A model generated the notes under the pieces. It was not told the DNA's origin, ran no database searches, and saw nothing but the letters and a program-made list of their open reading frames with translations. A stretch of 64,000 bases of DNA, taken from NCBI GenBank assembly GCA_034428395.1, contig DAOUHX010000424.1, positions 62,679-126,678 of the forward strand, read 5' to 3'. The position numbers and the translations under genes were made by a program. Source of the stretch: Caldilineaceae bacterium. Its GTDB lineage: Bacteria; Chloroflexota; Anaerolineae; Caldilineales; Caldilineaceae. Positions 54,695-64,000 of this stretch are shown piece by piece. Numbering within the stretch: the stretch's first letter is position 1; each line of letters opens with the position of its first letter.

Positions 54695-55768
54695 ATGGCA
54701 GGTCGAGCTACTTCGGCGCAGCCCTTCAATCTGGATGGGGCCACCTTCCAGAAATACGCTATCCGGGCCTTCGGCCTTTCAATTGTAGCAGTCGTACTTT
54801 GGCGGGTGATCACCGTCGGGTTGGCTGAGGGCTATCCCGCTTCATTCTGGATATCCCAGGCCCTGAACGGGCTGGTCCTGGGCGGCGTCTACGCGCTCGT
54901 CGCACTGGGCTATACGCTCGTATACGGCATCCTCTTCATGATCAATTTCGCGCACGGCGAAGTGATGATGATCGGCGGCATCGCCGGTTTCTTCGCCCTT
55001 CAATTCGCCCAGGCCCGTGGCTGGATGGAAGGGCCCTGGCTCGTTGTCGTAGTCGCCTTGTTCTTCATCATGTTGGTCGGTATGGCAGCCTCCGTTCTGA
55101 TCGGCGTCACCTTGGAACGGCTGGCCTACCGCCCGCTGCGCCAGGCGCCGCGGCTGGTGCCTCTGATCAGCGCAATCGGCGCCTCTCTGTTTCTGCAGTA
55201 TTCGGTGCTTCTGATCTTCGGTGTCAGCCCGCACAGCTACCGCAAACCCGAACTGATTTCGGGCGGCCTGCGACTGGGAAATGTATTCATCCCCTACACC
55301 GGCGCCATCATCTTCTTCACCTCCATCCTGTTGATGTTGGTTCTTTTCTTTATCATTCAGCGGACGAAGCTGGGACGGGCAATGAGAGCCGTAGCCGAAG
55401 ACAGGGCAACCGCTTCGCTGATGGGCGTCGACGTCAATGCAGTCATTGTGCTGACGTTTATGCTCGGCTCGGCGCTGGCCGGTGCGGCCGGCGTAATGCT
55501 CGGATTTCACAACACGGTCGTCAAGTTCAACAGCGGCTTCATTCCCGGCTTGAAGGCATTCACTGCCGCCGTTCTGGGCGGCATCGGCAACATTCCCGGC
55601 GCAATGTTCGGCGCCCTCTTACTCGGCCTGATTGAAGCGATTGGACCGAGCGCCCTGGGCATCCCCACCGAATACAAGGATGTCATCGCCTTCACGCTCC
55701 TTGTCCTGATACTGATCTTCCGTCCGTCCGGCCTCTTTGGCGAAGTGCTAAGCGAGAAGAAGGCCTGA
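54695..55768 (+). CDS. livH: Branched-chain amino acid ABC permease (LivH-like)
   Basis: NGLVLGGVYALVALGYTLVYGILFMINFAHGE is the LivH signature start region. The exact start is uncertain. Confidence 0.85.
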   Translation: MAGRATSAQPFNLDGATFQKYAIRAFGLSIVAVVLWRVITVGLAEGYPASFWISQALNGLVLGGVYALVALGYTLVYGILFMINFAHGEVMMIGGIAGFFALQFAQARGWMEGPWLVVVVALFFIMLVGMAASVLIGVTLERLAYRPLRQAPRLVPLISAIGASLFLQYSVLLIFGVSPHSYRKPELISGGLRLGNVFIPYTGAIIFFTSILLMLVLFFIIQRTKLGRAMRAVAEDRATASLMGVDVNAVIVLTFMLGSALAGAAGVMLGFHNTVVKFNSGFIPGLKAFTAAVLGGIGNIPGAMFGALLLGLIEAIGPSALGIPTEYKDVIAFTLLVLILIFRPSGLFGEVLSEKKA

Positions 55769-55782
55769 GCCGAGGCGTTACT

Positions 55783-57684
55783 GTGCCCACAGCAATCAAG
55801 ACCGGGCTCATCACTTTTGCACTTCTGAGCTACCTGATCCTCGTCGGCATCCCCGGTCGGACGGGTGGCAACGCCCTGCCTCTCCTCGCCCTTTTGGCCG
55901 CGCTCCTCTTCTGGTACAGTCTCCGCCGTACTTCACAGGCCATTTCAGAAAGAGTTCCCCTTGCCGGTACAGCCGGGCAGCCCAAGCCAGGTTGGGAAGT
56001 TGGCCATGGGCCGCAGGCCCAAGTGCAGGCTCGGGCCGAGACACGGGGGGGCCTTTCAAGCCTGGTATTGGCGCAAGGCGCCGCGGCCGGCGCCACAACG
56101 GGGCTGCTGATCGCAACTGTGAGCGCCGTGTTCGCCGCAATTCTGGGAAGCGGCGTGGCGATTCAACCGGTCTTTGACAAGATTGTTCCCGTAAACGTAG
56201 CCGCATTGCTCGGCGTGTCGCCCGGCGCGGTCGCTGAGGCGCAGGTGCCTCCGCTGCGCTACCTCTTCTCCGTACTCTATTTTACGGGCGGCGGGGTACT
56301 GGCCGCGCTTGCCGTCCTGGCAGGTAAGGCTGACGCGGCTCAAGCGGCTGGTTCAGCCCTATTGAAGGCGCGTCTTTCCGGACCTGCGTTCGCCTCGGCG
56401 CTGCACTGGCTGGTGATTGCATTTCCTTTCGCGCTACTGGCTGTCGTCGTCTGGCTGGGGCTGCCCGGCGTCGGCGCATTCGGAACCGACAGGAGCACGG
56501 TCCGCCTGCTGTTCACGCTGGTTGCAACCGGCAGCGGGCTGTTCGCCCTGCGGGCTGCGAATCCGGGCCGTGAACGGCTAATCGTCTCCGTTCTGCTCGG
56601 CATCGGCGTGCTGATCATGCCTTTTGTCCTCGACCAGTTTCAGAATTCGGTCATGGGAATCGTCTTCATCTTTGTCATGATGGGGCTTGGCCTGAACATC
56701 GTTGTCGGCTATGCGGGTCTGCTCGACCTTGGTTATGTCGCTTTCTTCGCCATCGGCGCCTATGTTTACGCCTTCGTGTCAGCCCCGTTCTCTTCGCCCT
56801 TTATCAGCGGCCTTTTGACCGGATTGGGCGTACAGGCAGACAGCCCTCTGCTCGGATACTGGATGGCGCTTCCTCTGGCCATGATTACGGCCGCTATCGG
56901 CGGCATCCTGCTAGGCATTCCGGTTCTTCGCCTGCGAGGCGACTATCTTGCAATCGTTACGCTCGGTTTTGGCGAGATCATCCGTCTCTTCATGCTCAAT
57001 TTGGGCGAGCTGACCAATGGGCCGCGCGGCATCCTCGAAATCGCGCAGCCGGGTCTCTTCGGGCTTGAACCGGAGGCGGTATCCGGCGGACTGCTCAGTT
57101 CGCAGGGATGGATCTTTCTGCTGGCCCTCGCAAGTTCTGCAGCGATCGCATTTGTCGCGGTCCGCTTGAACGACTCGCGGCTGGGCCGGGCCTGGATCGC
57201 TATGCAGGAAGATGAGGATGTCGCCCAGGCCACGGGCGTCCATCTCGTGCGCACGAAACTGCTCGCATTTGCCATCGGTGCCACCTTTGCCGGACTGGCC
57301 GGGCAGCTGTACGCCGCGCGCCAAATCAACATATTCCCTGAGAACTTCTCGCTCTTCGTCTCCATAGACGCACTGGCGCTGATAATCGTGGGGGGCATTG
57401 GCAGCCCGGCCGGCATCGTTCTCGGCGCGCTCGCGCTCAAGGGGCTTCCCGAAGTGCTGCGCGGGGTAGACGAATACCGCATCGTTGCCTTTGCCGCCCT
57501 GCTGGTGATTATGATGATCGTCCGCCCCGCCGGCATTCTGCCGTCATCGCGCCGGCGATTTGAAGCCGCCGCGGAGGATGCAGGAGAGAGCCAGATCGGC
57601 CCGGAAGCAAATGGGGAGATCGTGCAAGAGTTGGCAGACGACGACGGGGCGGCTGCGGCCGGCCAAGACGGTGCGATGCAATGA
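55783..57684 (+). CDS. livM: Branched-chain amino acid ABC permease (LivM-like) with a ~260-aa N-terminal membrane extension
   Basis: The core begins near GLGLNIVVGYAGLLDLGYVAFFAIGAY. It is preceded by about 260 aa of extra TM-rich sequence. GTG start. The stop overlaps the livG start (ATGA). Confidence 0.8.
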   Translation: MPTAIKTGLITFALLSYLILVGIPGRTGGNALPLLALLAALLFWYSLRRTSQAISERVPLAGTAGQPKPGWEVGHGPQAQVQARAETRGGLSSLVLAQGAAAGATTGLLIATVSAVFAAILGSGVAIQPVFDKIVPVNVAALLGVSPGAVAEAQVPPLRYLFSVLYFTGGGVLAALAVLAGKADAAQAAGSALLKARLSGPAFASALHWLVIAFPFALLAVVVWLGLPGVGAFGTDRSTVRLLFTLVATGSGLFALRAANPGRERLIVSVLLGIGVLIMPFVLDQFQNSVMGIVFIFVMMGLGLNIVVGYAGLLDLGYVAFFAIGAYVYAFVSAPFSSPFISGLLTGLGVQADSPLLGYWMALPLAMITAAIGGILLGIPVLRLRGDYLAIVTLGFGEIIRLFMLNLGELTNGPRGILEIAQPGLFGLEPEAVSGGLLSSQGWIFLLALASSAAIAFVAVRLNDSRLGRAWIAMQEDEDVAQATGVHLVRTKLLAFAIGATFAGLAGQLYAARQINIFPENFSLFVSIDALALIIVGGIGSPAGIVLGALALKGLPEVLRGVDEYRIVAFAALLVIMMIVRPAGILPSSRRRFEAAAEDAGESQIGPEANGEIVQELADDDGAAAAGQDGAMQ

Positions 57685-58481
57685 CCGTCCTTCTCGCTGT
57701 CCGGGGTGTCACCAAGGTTTTCGGCGGCCTAGTCGCCGTAGACAAAGTGGATATCGATATCGAGGCGGGTTCGATCGCCTCTCTCATCGGGCCCAATGGG
57801 GCGGGCAAGACCACGCTGTTCAACTGCCTGACAGGTCTGCACCGCCCCGAAGAAGGGGAGATTCTCTTTGAGGACCAGTCGCTTGTGGGCCTGCGTTCGG
57901 ACGAGATCACGGCACGCGGCATCGCCCGCACATACCAGAATATCCGGCTCTTCGGCAGGATGACTGCGCTAGAAAACGTGCTCGTTGGACAGCACCTGCG
58001 CCTGCACGCTTCACACTGGAGCGCCATCCTGCGTACCACCCGGCAGCGGGCAGAAGAGCGGGCCGCGCGTCAGACTGGGCGAGAACTACTCGATTTCGTG
58101 GGTCTCGGCGGACAGGAGGAGGTCGTCTCAACCAACCTGCCGTACGGGGAGCAGAGGCTGCTGGAGGTTGCGCGCGCTTTGGGTAGCCGCCCGCGGCTGC
58201 TTCTTCTCGACGAACCGGCAGCCGGCATGAATCCCCGCGAGACCGAGCGGATGATGGAGTTGATGCACAGGCTGCGCGACGGGATGGGAATCACTGTCTT
58301 TCTGATCGAACACGACATGAAGGTGGTAATGAGCGTTTCCGAGAACGTAACCGTCCTGGACTACGGGAAAAAGATCGCCAGCGGCGCGCCCGATGATGTG
58401 CGGGCAAACCCAAGAGTCGTCGAGGCCTATCTGGGTCCCGAAGTAGCCATGGAGGGTCCGGTCGCAGCCGGGGAGCGGTAA
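57681..58481 (+). CDS. livG: Branched-chain amino acid ABC ATPase (LivG-like)
   Basis: GPNGAGKTTLFN, LPYGEQRLLEVARAL, LLLLDEPAAGMN, and the LivG-type C-terminus (RANPRVVEAYLG). Confidence 0.9.
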   Translation: MTVLLAVRGVTKVFGGLVAVDKVDIDIEAGSIASLIGPNGAGKTTLFNCLTGLHRPEEGEILFEDQSLVGLRSDEITARGIARTYQNIRLFGRMTALENVLVGQHLRLHASHWSAILRTTRQRAEERAARQTGRELLDFVGLGGQEEVVSTNLPYGEQRLLEVARALGSRPRLLLLDEPAAGMNPRETERMMELMHRLRDGMGITVFLIEHDMKVVMSVSENVTVLDYGKKIASGAPDDVRANPRVVEAYLGPEVAMEGPVAAGER

Positions 58482-58484
58482 CCG

Positions 58485-59237
58485 TTGTTGATTCTAGATT
58501 CAGTCCACACTTTCTACGGCCACATTCACGCGCTCAAGGGCGTCTCTTTGACCGTGAACAAAGGCGAAATCGTCACGCTGATAGGCTCCAATGGGGCCGG
58601 CAAAACGACAACGCTCAACACGATTAGCGGCGTGATTAGCGCGCAGTCGGGCGCAATCTACCTGGAAAGCAGCCAGAACGGTGGAAGCGAACGCGCCGGC
58701 GACGTGCAAGAACCTGGAATCCGTCTCGACCGCCTTCCTGCCCACGAAGTTGCCAGGCTCGGCGTCTCGCAGTCGCCTGAAGGCCGCAAAATCTTCGCCA
58801 GGCTCTCGGTCAAGGAGAATCTGGCGATGGGCGCGTTTGCCCGCACGGATGCCGACGGAATCCGGAGCGACATGGCGCGTGTCCTCGAACTCTTTCCGCG
58901 ACTGGAGGAGCGGCTCAGCCAGCCGGGAGGCACGCTGTCCGGCGGAGAGCAGCAGTTGCTGGCCATCGGGCGTTCGCTGATGAGCCGCCCAAGCATTCTT
59001 CTCCTGGATGAGCCGTCGATGGGTCTGGCGCCTCTCCTTGTCCAGCAGATCTTCCAGATAATTCGCGAGATAAACGCGCAGGGGACGACCATCTTGCTGG
59101 TGGAGCAGAACGCCCAGGCAGCCCTCCAGGTCGCACACCGCGGCTATGTTCTAGAAACCGGGCACATCGTCCTCAGCGGCGACGCCCAACATCTCCTTTC
59201 CGATCCGCAGGTTGCCGAGGCCTACCTGGGCATCTGA
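58485..59237 (+). CDS. livF: Branched-chain amino acid ABC ATPase (LivF-like)
   Basis: TTG start. GSNGAGKTTTLN, LSGGEQQLLAIGRSL, ILLLDEPSMGLAP. Carries a ~20-aa insertion (SSQNGGSERAGDVQEPGIRLDR). Confidence 0.9.
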   Translation: MLILDSVHTFYGHIHALKGVSLTVNKGEIVTLIGSNGAGKTTTLNTISGVISAQSGAIYLESSQNGGSERAGDVQEPGIRLDRLPAHEVARLGVSQSPEGRKIFARLSVKENLAMGAFARTDADGIRSDMARVLELFPRLEERLSQPGGTLSGGEQQLLAIGRSLMSRPSILLLDEPSMGLAPLLVQQIFQIIREINAQGTTILLVEQNAQAALQVAHRGYVLETGHIVLSGDAQHLLSDPQVAEAYLGI

Positions 59238-59249
59238 CTTCGCTCCGAC

Positions 59250-60200
59250 TCAGAACAACCTTGCCTTGTCGACAACGTTCCGAAGCGGCTCGCCGTTCAG
59301 GTAGCGGCGCAGATTGCCGCAGAGCGTATCGATGCGGCGCTGGGGCACGTGGGGATTGTCTGCGGCTACGTGGGGCGTCAGGATCACATTCTCCATCTGC
59401 CAGAGCGGATGATCGGCCGGCAACGGCTCCTGCTCGTAAACGTCGAGCGCGGCGCCGGCAACGCCTCCGGCCTCGAGCGCGTCGACGAGGGCGTCCAGCT
59501 TGACTACGACCCCGCGACTGATGTTGATCAGATAGGCGGTCGGCTTCATCCGGGCCAGCTCCTCCGCCCCGATCAGCCCGACTGTCTCTGGCGTCTGTGG
59601 CACACAGCTTACGACGAAGTCCGATTCGTCCAAGAGGTCGTGCAGCCGCTCCTGAGGCCAGAGCGCGTCCAGCTCCAGGTCACGTCCGGGCGTATCGCCG
59701 GCCCGGGCGTCGACCGCGATCACATGCATGTCGTGTGCCTTGCCGCGGCGGGCCAGCTCCGCGCCGATGCCCCCAAGTCCGATGACGCCGAGCGTGCAAT
59801 CCCCAAGGTGATGGACCGGCGTTCCCTTCTGCCAGACGCCCTTGATTTGGCGGCGCATGTACAAGTGAATCCCGCGCGCGAACATCAGGATGAAACAGAA
59901 GGCGTGGTCAGCGATCATGTCGCCGTATATCTTTGCCATATTGCTGACCACGATGCCGCTCTCGGCCAGCGCGGGGAACATGTAGTGTTCCAGGCCCGCA
60001 ACCGGCGTCTGCAGCCAGCGAAGGTTTTCGGCCCGCTCCAGCAGGGCCGGGGTTAGGTCGCCGTACATGCCGACCGCCTGTGGAATCGCAGCCAGTGCGT
60101 CCTCTTCCGTCAATGCGTTGACGATCTCCAACTCGGAAGAAAGCGCCTGCACCTGCGCAAGCTCGCTGGATCTTAACGCCGGGTAGATGAGAAAGTTCAT
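59250..60200 (-). CDS. D-isomer-specific 2-hydroxyacid dehydrogenase family protein
   Basis: GVIGLGGIGAELARR (NAD-binding GxGxxG), INISRGVVV, and LDVYEQEPLP...NVILTPHVA are family signatures. Confidence 0.85.
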   Translation of the reverse strand: MNFLIYPALRSSELAQVQALSSELEIVNALTEEDALAAIPQAVGMYGDLTPALLERAENLRWLQTPVAGLEHYMFPALAESGIVVSNMAKIYGDMIADHAFCFILMFARGIHLYMRRQIKGVWQKGTPVHHLGDCTLGVIGLGGIGAELARRGKAHDMHVIAVDARAGDTPGRDLELDALWPQERLHDLLDESDFVVSCVPQTPETVGLIGAEELARMKPTAYLINISRGVVVKLDALVDALEAGGVAGAALDVYEQEPLPADHPLWQMENVILTPHVAADNPHVPQRRIDTLCGNLRRYLNGEPLRNVVDKARLF

Positions 60201-60351
60201 CGTTCTTTACCTTTCGTGAGTCGGTAGCCTCGATTGCTTGCCACATCCATTGTAATGAAATCTGGCGGGCCAGCAATGCCGGTAGTTATCCCGGGGCCGT
60301 TCTCCGGATCGCCGAATTGCCACTAAATTCGGGCCTCCGGGGTGACTCAGT

Positions 60352-60380
60352 TTGCTTGGCTGACCTTCCGCGGTTACAAT
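60352..60380 (+). promoter_or_regulatory. Candidate sigma70 promoter of rpmG
   Basis: TTGCTT (60352-60357), 17-nt spacer, TACAAT (60375-60380). Leader of about 110 nt. Confidence 0.35.
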
Positions 60381-60496
60381 ACCCCTTCTAGATTCAGGTA
60401 CGGACCATGACGGTGCGAGGCCAATCCTCGCTCGGTCCCCGGGGCAGCGCCTGCGTGTTGCCACTTCTATATAAAGAAAGCATGTTGGAGGAGATT

Positions 60497-60658
60497 ATGG
60501 CGAAGAGAGGCCCGCGCCAGCTCGTGAGGATGCGCAGCACGGAGAGTCACCATGTGTATCTGACGAGCAAGAACCGGCGCAATAATGACAAACGCCTGGA
60601 GTTGCGAAAGTTTGATCCGGTCTTGCGCAAGCACGTGGTCTACCGGGAGACCCGATAG
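60497..60658 (+). CDS. rpmG: 50S ribosomal protein L33 (Cys-less, non-zinc form)
   Basis: MAKRGPRQLVRMRSTESHHVYLTSKNRRNNDKRLELRKFDPVLRKHVVYRETR. GGAGGAG lies upstream of ATG 60497. Confidence 0.9.
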   Translation: MAKRGPRQLVRMRSTESHHVYLTSKNRRNNDKRLELRKFDPVLRKHVVYRETR

Positions 60659-60768
60659 CGCGAGAGCGCTTGCCAAAGCAACAAGCGTCCGCCTTCGCTC
60701 GGCTCCGAAAGTTGGCTGAAGCGTCACGGCACATGCGGACTTGCTACCCAATCGACGGTCAAACGTGA

Positions 60769-60803
60769 CCCGTTGTCGCGTAGGTTGAGCGCAGCGGGTT
60801 TTT
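60769..60803 (+). terminator. Candidate intrinsic terminator downstream of rpmG
   Basis: CCCGTTGT...GCAGCGGG stem (8 pairs including G-U wobbles, 60769-60798) followed by TTTTT (60799-60803). Confidence 0.45.
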
Positions 60804-61102
60804 GGTGTCGGGAGCGAGCGGGTCGCCCACCGAAAGGGTAGCTGAATGCGAGGTCTGCGCAGCGTTTAGGGGTAGCGATACCAGGCTCGGTTTGACGGCG
60901 TACCTGAAATATTGGGGCATTTGCCTCCAGCGGACAACCGCGATCAATCTCCTGTCGAGCGGCCCTTTGTCGGGGCGAACTGCAGGAGCAAATGGGCAGC
61001 GGCCCGGCGTTCCTGGGCATGTGAACGGCCCGAACCCGATGCTTAGTTGCTTCATCGCAAAAAAGAATGCGGGGGACACCGTACTGTCCGCCCGCAATGA
61101 GA

Positions 61103-61175
61103 TGACCCACCAGGGATTCGAACCCCGAACCCGCGGATTAAGAGTCCGCTGCTCTGCCAGTTGAGCTAGTGGGCC
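61103..61175 (-). tRNA. tRNA-Lys (anticodon CUU)
   Basis: Manual cloverleaf: GGCCCAC TA GCTC AACTGGCA GAGC A GCGGA CTCTTAA TCCGC GGGTT CGGGG TTCGAAT CCCTG GTGGGTC A. All stems pair. CCA is not encoded. Confidence 0.9.
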
Positions 61176-61189
61176 GTTTGCCACAAGAT

Positions 61190-61218
61190 ATTCTATTGAG
61201 CTGGGCGGGGCTTGTCAA
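61190..61218 (-). promoter_or_regulatory. Candidate sigma70 promoter of tRNA-Lys
   Basis: On the minus strand: TTGACA (61218-61213), 17-nt spacer, TAGAAT (61195-61190). The -10 ends 14 nt before tRNA position 1. Confidence 0.55.
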
Positions 61219-61385
61219 GTTCGCGGGCGGCTCGGGCAATTCGCATACGCGCCTTGTCCAGGCTGGTTTTCTTGCAACGAAACAATTGTAATTCCGGCCC
61301 GTTGGCACACTTTCACACTTTCATACTGACACAATTGCAGGAAATCGCGCGGCCGTCTCAGGGCCAGCGCGGAAAGAGCATCCCG

Positions 61386-62702
61386 ATGACAGATCGCAGA
61401 GCAGAGCTCGAACAGTATGCTCAACTCCTGATCCGCTTGGGCCTGAACCTGCAGGCCGGCCAGTCGCTGGTGATCAAGACTGAGCCCATCCATCGTGACT
61501 TTGCACTTCAGGTGGCTGAAGCGGCCTACGACGCCGGGGCTAAATACGTTCAGATCGAGTACAACGACATGCGTCTGCAAAGCATTCGCATTCGCAAGAG
61601 CCGAGAGGAGACCCTGGAGCATCTTCCCGGCTATTTCAAAGAGATGGCCCAGGAGCGCAGGGATGACGCCTGGGCCGCGCTAAGCCTGGTTGGCGAGGAG
61701 GACCCGTCGCTTCCGACCCAGCTTGACCCGGCGAAACTACGCATCCTGCAGACCGCTGAATACCGCGCCATGATGCCCTGGCGCGAGTCGATGATGGAAA
61801 TGAAGCAGCAGTGGAACGTGGCCTCGCTGCCCACGCCAGCCTGGGCGCAGAAGGTCTTCCCCGACCTCGCGGCCGAAGAGGCCTTGGACCGCTTTTGGGA
61901 CGAGATTCGCCGCATTATTCGGCTTGACGCCGGCGACCCGTTTTCAGCGTGGCAGGACCATCTCGACAACCTCGAATCGGCGCGCTCGACGTTGCAGGCC
62001 AGACAAGTGCGCTCCCTGCACTTTTTTGATCCCACGCCCGCCGCAGACGGCAGGCCGTCCACCGATCTGACGATAGGATTGACCGACCGGCCCAACTGGG
62101 CGGGCGGCGTGGGCGGACTGGGCGCGTCGGAAGACGACGGATTCGGCGGCAACGGCGAGGAGAACAAAGCCGGCGCGCCTGTATTCCTGCCAAACATTCC
62201 TACTGAGGAGCTGTTCACAACGCCGCACCGACTGCGCGTCAATGGCTGGACCAAGACCTCCCGCCCCAGCTTCCCGTTCCGGCGCGAAGTGGCCGAGGTG
62301 ACATTTCGCTTCGAAGAGGGACGCGTTGTCGAGTTTTCGGCAGGTGAAGGCCAGGAGATTTACGAACAGTTCTTCGCCGTAGAGGGGACGCGATTCCTGG
62401 GCGAAGTGGCGCTGGTGGACGTTTCGTCGCCGATCTTCCAGAGCGGCCTCGTATACTACAATACGCTATTCGACGAGAACGCCGCTTGCCACATCGCTTT
62501 CGGTCAGGCCTATCCGATCGGCCTCGCTGGCGGCGCAGAGCTGTCGCCGGATGAGTTGAAGGCCGCTGGCGTAAACAAGTCAGATTTGCACCTGGACGTC
62601 ATGATCGGTACCCCTACGCTGGATGTCACCGGCCACCTGAGCGACGGCACGAGACTGGCGATCATGCGCGCAGGCCGCTACACACCCGCAGTGCTGGAAT
62701 GA
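61386..62702 (+). CDS. Aminopeptidase, M29 family (AmpS/aminopeptidase T-like)
   Basis: [30 protein letters not shown]..., ...EELFTTP..., and [12 protein letters not shown]...DLHLDVMIG fit peptidase family M29. Start re-set to ATG 61386. Confidence 0.8.
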   Translation: MTDRRAELEQYAQLLIRLGLNLQAGQSLVIKTEPIHRDFALQVAEAAYDAGAKYVQIEYNDMRLQSIRIRKSREETLEHLPGYFKEMAQERRDDAWAALSLVGEEDPSLPTQLDPAKLRILQTAEYRAMMPWRESMMEMKQQWNVASLPTPAWAQKVFPDLAAEEALDRFWDEIRRIIRLDAGDPFSAWQDHLDNLESARSTLQARQVRSLHFFDPTPAADGRPSTDLTIGLTDRPNWAGGVGGLGASEDDGFGGNGEENKAGAPVFLPNIPTEELFTTPHRLRVNGWTKTSRPSFPFRREVAEVTFRFEEGRVVEFSAGEGQEIYEQFFAVEGTRFLGEVALVDVSSPIFQSGLVYYNTLFDENAACHIAFGQAYPIGLAGGAELSPDELKAAGVNKSDLHLDVMIGTPTLDVTGHLSDGTRLAIMRAGRYTPAVLE

Positions 62703-63655
62703 GCGGAAATCTCGCCCTGGAGCCGTTTCTGATCGGCCAGGGCGTCATGATCCTTGACGGCGGCCTGGCGACTGAGCTCGAAAGAAGAGGGGCCGACCTG
62801 TCGGACGATCTCTGGTCGGCGCGTCTTCTGCTCGAAGACCCCGCCTCGGTTCGCCAGCTTCATCTTGACTACTTCGAAGCCGGCGCAGATGTCGCCATCA
62901 GCGCCAGTTACCAGGCCAGCTTTGAGGGATTCACTCGGAGAGGACTCAGCCGCAGGCGGGGCGTGGAACTACTGCAGAGCAGCGTGCATCTGGCAAAAGA
63001 AGCGCGCGACCAGTTCCTGGCTGCGGCCGAACATCGAGGCGAAACCCATCGACGCCTGCCTCCGCTGGTCGCCGCTTCTATCGGTAGCTACGGCGCGTTC
63101 CTCGCCGACGGCTCCGAATACACGGGCGACTTCGGTCTCTCGAAGAAAGCGCTGATTGACTGGCACCGGCCTCGTCTCGAGGCCCTGCTTGGCGCCGAAC
63201 CTAACCTTCTGGCCTGCGAGACCATACCCTGCCTGGTGGAGGGAGAGGCGCTGGTCGAACTGTTGACGGAGTATAGGGGGACGCCCGCCTGGATCGGATT
63301 CAGCTGCCGCGATGACGAGCACGTCTGCCGCGGTGAGCCAATTGCCCGTTGCGTGGAGCTGGCTAACAGCTGCGAAACCGTCGTCGCCACCGGTGTGAAC
63401 TGTACGGCGCCCAAACACGTGGCAGGGCTATTGAAAAGGGCGCGGGCAGCGACGCGCAAGCCCCTTGTCTGTTACCCCAACAGCGGTGCCTGCTGGGACA
63501 GCGTCGCCGGCGAGTGGCAGACCGGCAGCGCTGTCGTCGATTTTGCTGGCGAGGCATCGACCTGGAAAGCAGCCGGAGCCCAACTGATCGGCGGCTGTTG
63601 CCGTACGTCGCCCGAGGATATCCGCAAACTGCGCCGGTTGCTTCTCAACGGTTGA
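62699..63655 (+). CDS. mmuM: Homocysteine S-methyltransferase
   Basis: [26 protein letters not shown], the Zn-binding Cys context (GVNCTAP; [12 protein letters not shown]), and an ATGA overlap with the upstream gene. Confidence 0.85.
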   Translation: MSGNLALEPFLIGQGVMILDGGLATELERRGADLSDDLWSARLLLEDPASVRQLHLDYFEAGADVAISASYQASFEGFTRRGLSRRRGVELLQSSVHLAKEARDQFLAAAEHRGETHRRLPPLVAASIGSYGAFLADGSEYTGDFGLSKKALIDWHRPRLEALLGAEPNLLACETIPCLVEGEALVELLTEYRGTPAWIGFSCRDDEHVCRGEPIARCVELANSCETVVATGVNCTAPKHVAGLLKRARAATRKPLVCYPNSGACWDSVAGEWQTGSAVVDFAGEASTWKAAGAQLIGGCCRTSPEDIRKLRRLLLNG

Positions 63656-63692
63656 CCCCACCCCGGGCTGTTCGGACACCGTACACAACAAA

Positions 63693-63711
63693 CCGGCCCC
63701 TGAAGGACCGG
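63693..63711. terminator. Weak hairpin between convergent genes (possible bidirectional terminator)
   Basis: CCGGCCCCTGAAGGACCGG (6 pairs with one mismatch), followed by CTCTTAAGACTTGCTTTT. Poor T-run. Confidence 0.25.
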
Positions 63712-63753
63712 CTCTTAAGACTTGCTTTTAGTATTCAGTGGAGAACCGAGAGT

Positions 63754-64000
63754 CTACTGCTCCTGAACAGCCGCCTCAGCTCGCAGCGAAAGCAAATAGG
63801 TCAACAAGTGAGCGAGATCCTGCGCGTCCATATCGTCAGAGAATGTCTGGGGCATTTCGCCTGAGTTGTATCCACTGACGACAAAGCTGTCGGGATCCGT
63901 GATGCTGGTGTAGAGGTACAGCGCCGGCCCGGCTTCACCCGTCTGTCGGGCCCGCCCAACCGCCGTATCCGCAATCTCAAACCAGGTGGGCGCAATCTCT
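63754..64000 (-). CDS. Partial CDS (5' end outside the window): C-terminus resembling a cytochrome c-type domain
   Basis: The minus-strand frame reads ..EIAPTWFEIADTAVGRARQTGEAGPALYLYTSITDPDSFVVSGYNSGEMPQTFSDDMDAQDLAHLLTYLLSLRAEAAVQEQ* (stop 63754-63756). MPxxF...DLxxLxxYLxSL is typical of class I cytochrome c C-termini. It is not in the ORF track because no start lies in the window. Confidence 0.45.
   Translation of the reverse strand, partial: EIAPTWFEIADTAVGRARQTGEAGPALYLYTSITDPDSFVVSGYNSGEMPQTFSDDMDAQDLAHLLTYLLSLRAEAAVQEQ

Noticed and set aside
1-64000. Genomic island, prophage or defence system.
   Set aside because: No integrase, transposase, phage structural, restriction-modification, toxin-antitoxin or known defence gene signatures were recognised. 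The tRNA-Lys at 61103-61175 has no adjacent integrase or direct repeat of its 3' end.

Overview
High-GC (about 60-65% by eye) bacterial chromosomal segment. It is densely coding: about 60 CDS, one tRNA-Lys(CUU), one decayed pseudogene. I recognised no rRNA, CRISPR array, transposase, integrase or phage gene. All protein calls come from reading motifs in the supplied translations; no database search was run. Many ORF-track entries are antisense shadows or are over-extended at the 5' end, so I re-set several starts using Shine-Dalgarno sequences, lipoboxes and ATGA overlaps. Left to right: (1) a minus-strand string: DHDPS-family aldolase, UxuA-like dehydratase, nucleoside hydrolase, CHAD, HD hydrolase, LTA-synthase-like protein, YceI-like lipoprotein, and a PPK1-like protein with only the N and head domains; (2) a 1.95-kb gene-free gap holding a nested tandem repeat array and an AT-rich iteron-like island; (3) the circularly permuted ATP-grasp / alpha-E / transglutaminase triad; (4) NIPSNAP and a GH4 glycosidase; (5) an Opp/Dpp-type ABC importer operon (D-A-B-C-X-F) in which X is a membrane-anchored multihaem cytochrome c; (6) a carotenoid/light module: crtB, MarR, a second copy of the repeat element, a CarH/LitR-like MerR-B12 regulator, a decayed lycopene-cyclase gene, a secreted protein and an Sfp-type PPTase; (7) an ATPase-less ABC importer followed by three PhyH-family dioxygenases (one fused to a degenerate Nudix fold) and a second UxuA-like protein; (8) housekeeping genes: bcp, lipase-like hydrolase, trpF next to a beta-RFAP-synthase-like GHMP protein, rsmE, prmA, DMT transporter, dnaJ, coaE, ABC-F, livJHMGF, 2-hydroxyacid dehydrogenase, rpmG, tRNA-Lys, M29 aminopeptidase, homocysteine S-methyltransferase, and a partial cytochrome-c-like C-terminus at the right edge. 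The best candidates for something undescribed are the structured repeat family (8681-9516 and 27964-28272), the cytochrome embedded in the peptide-type ABC operon, and the SBP/permease plus triple-PhyH cluster.
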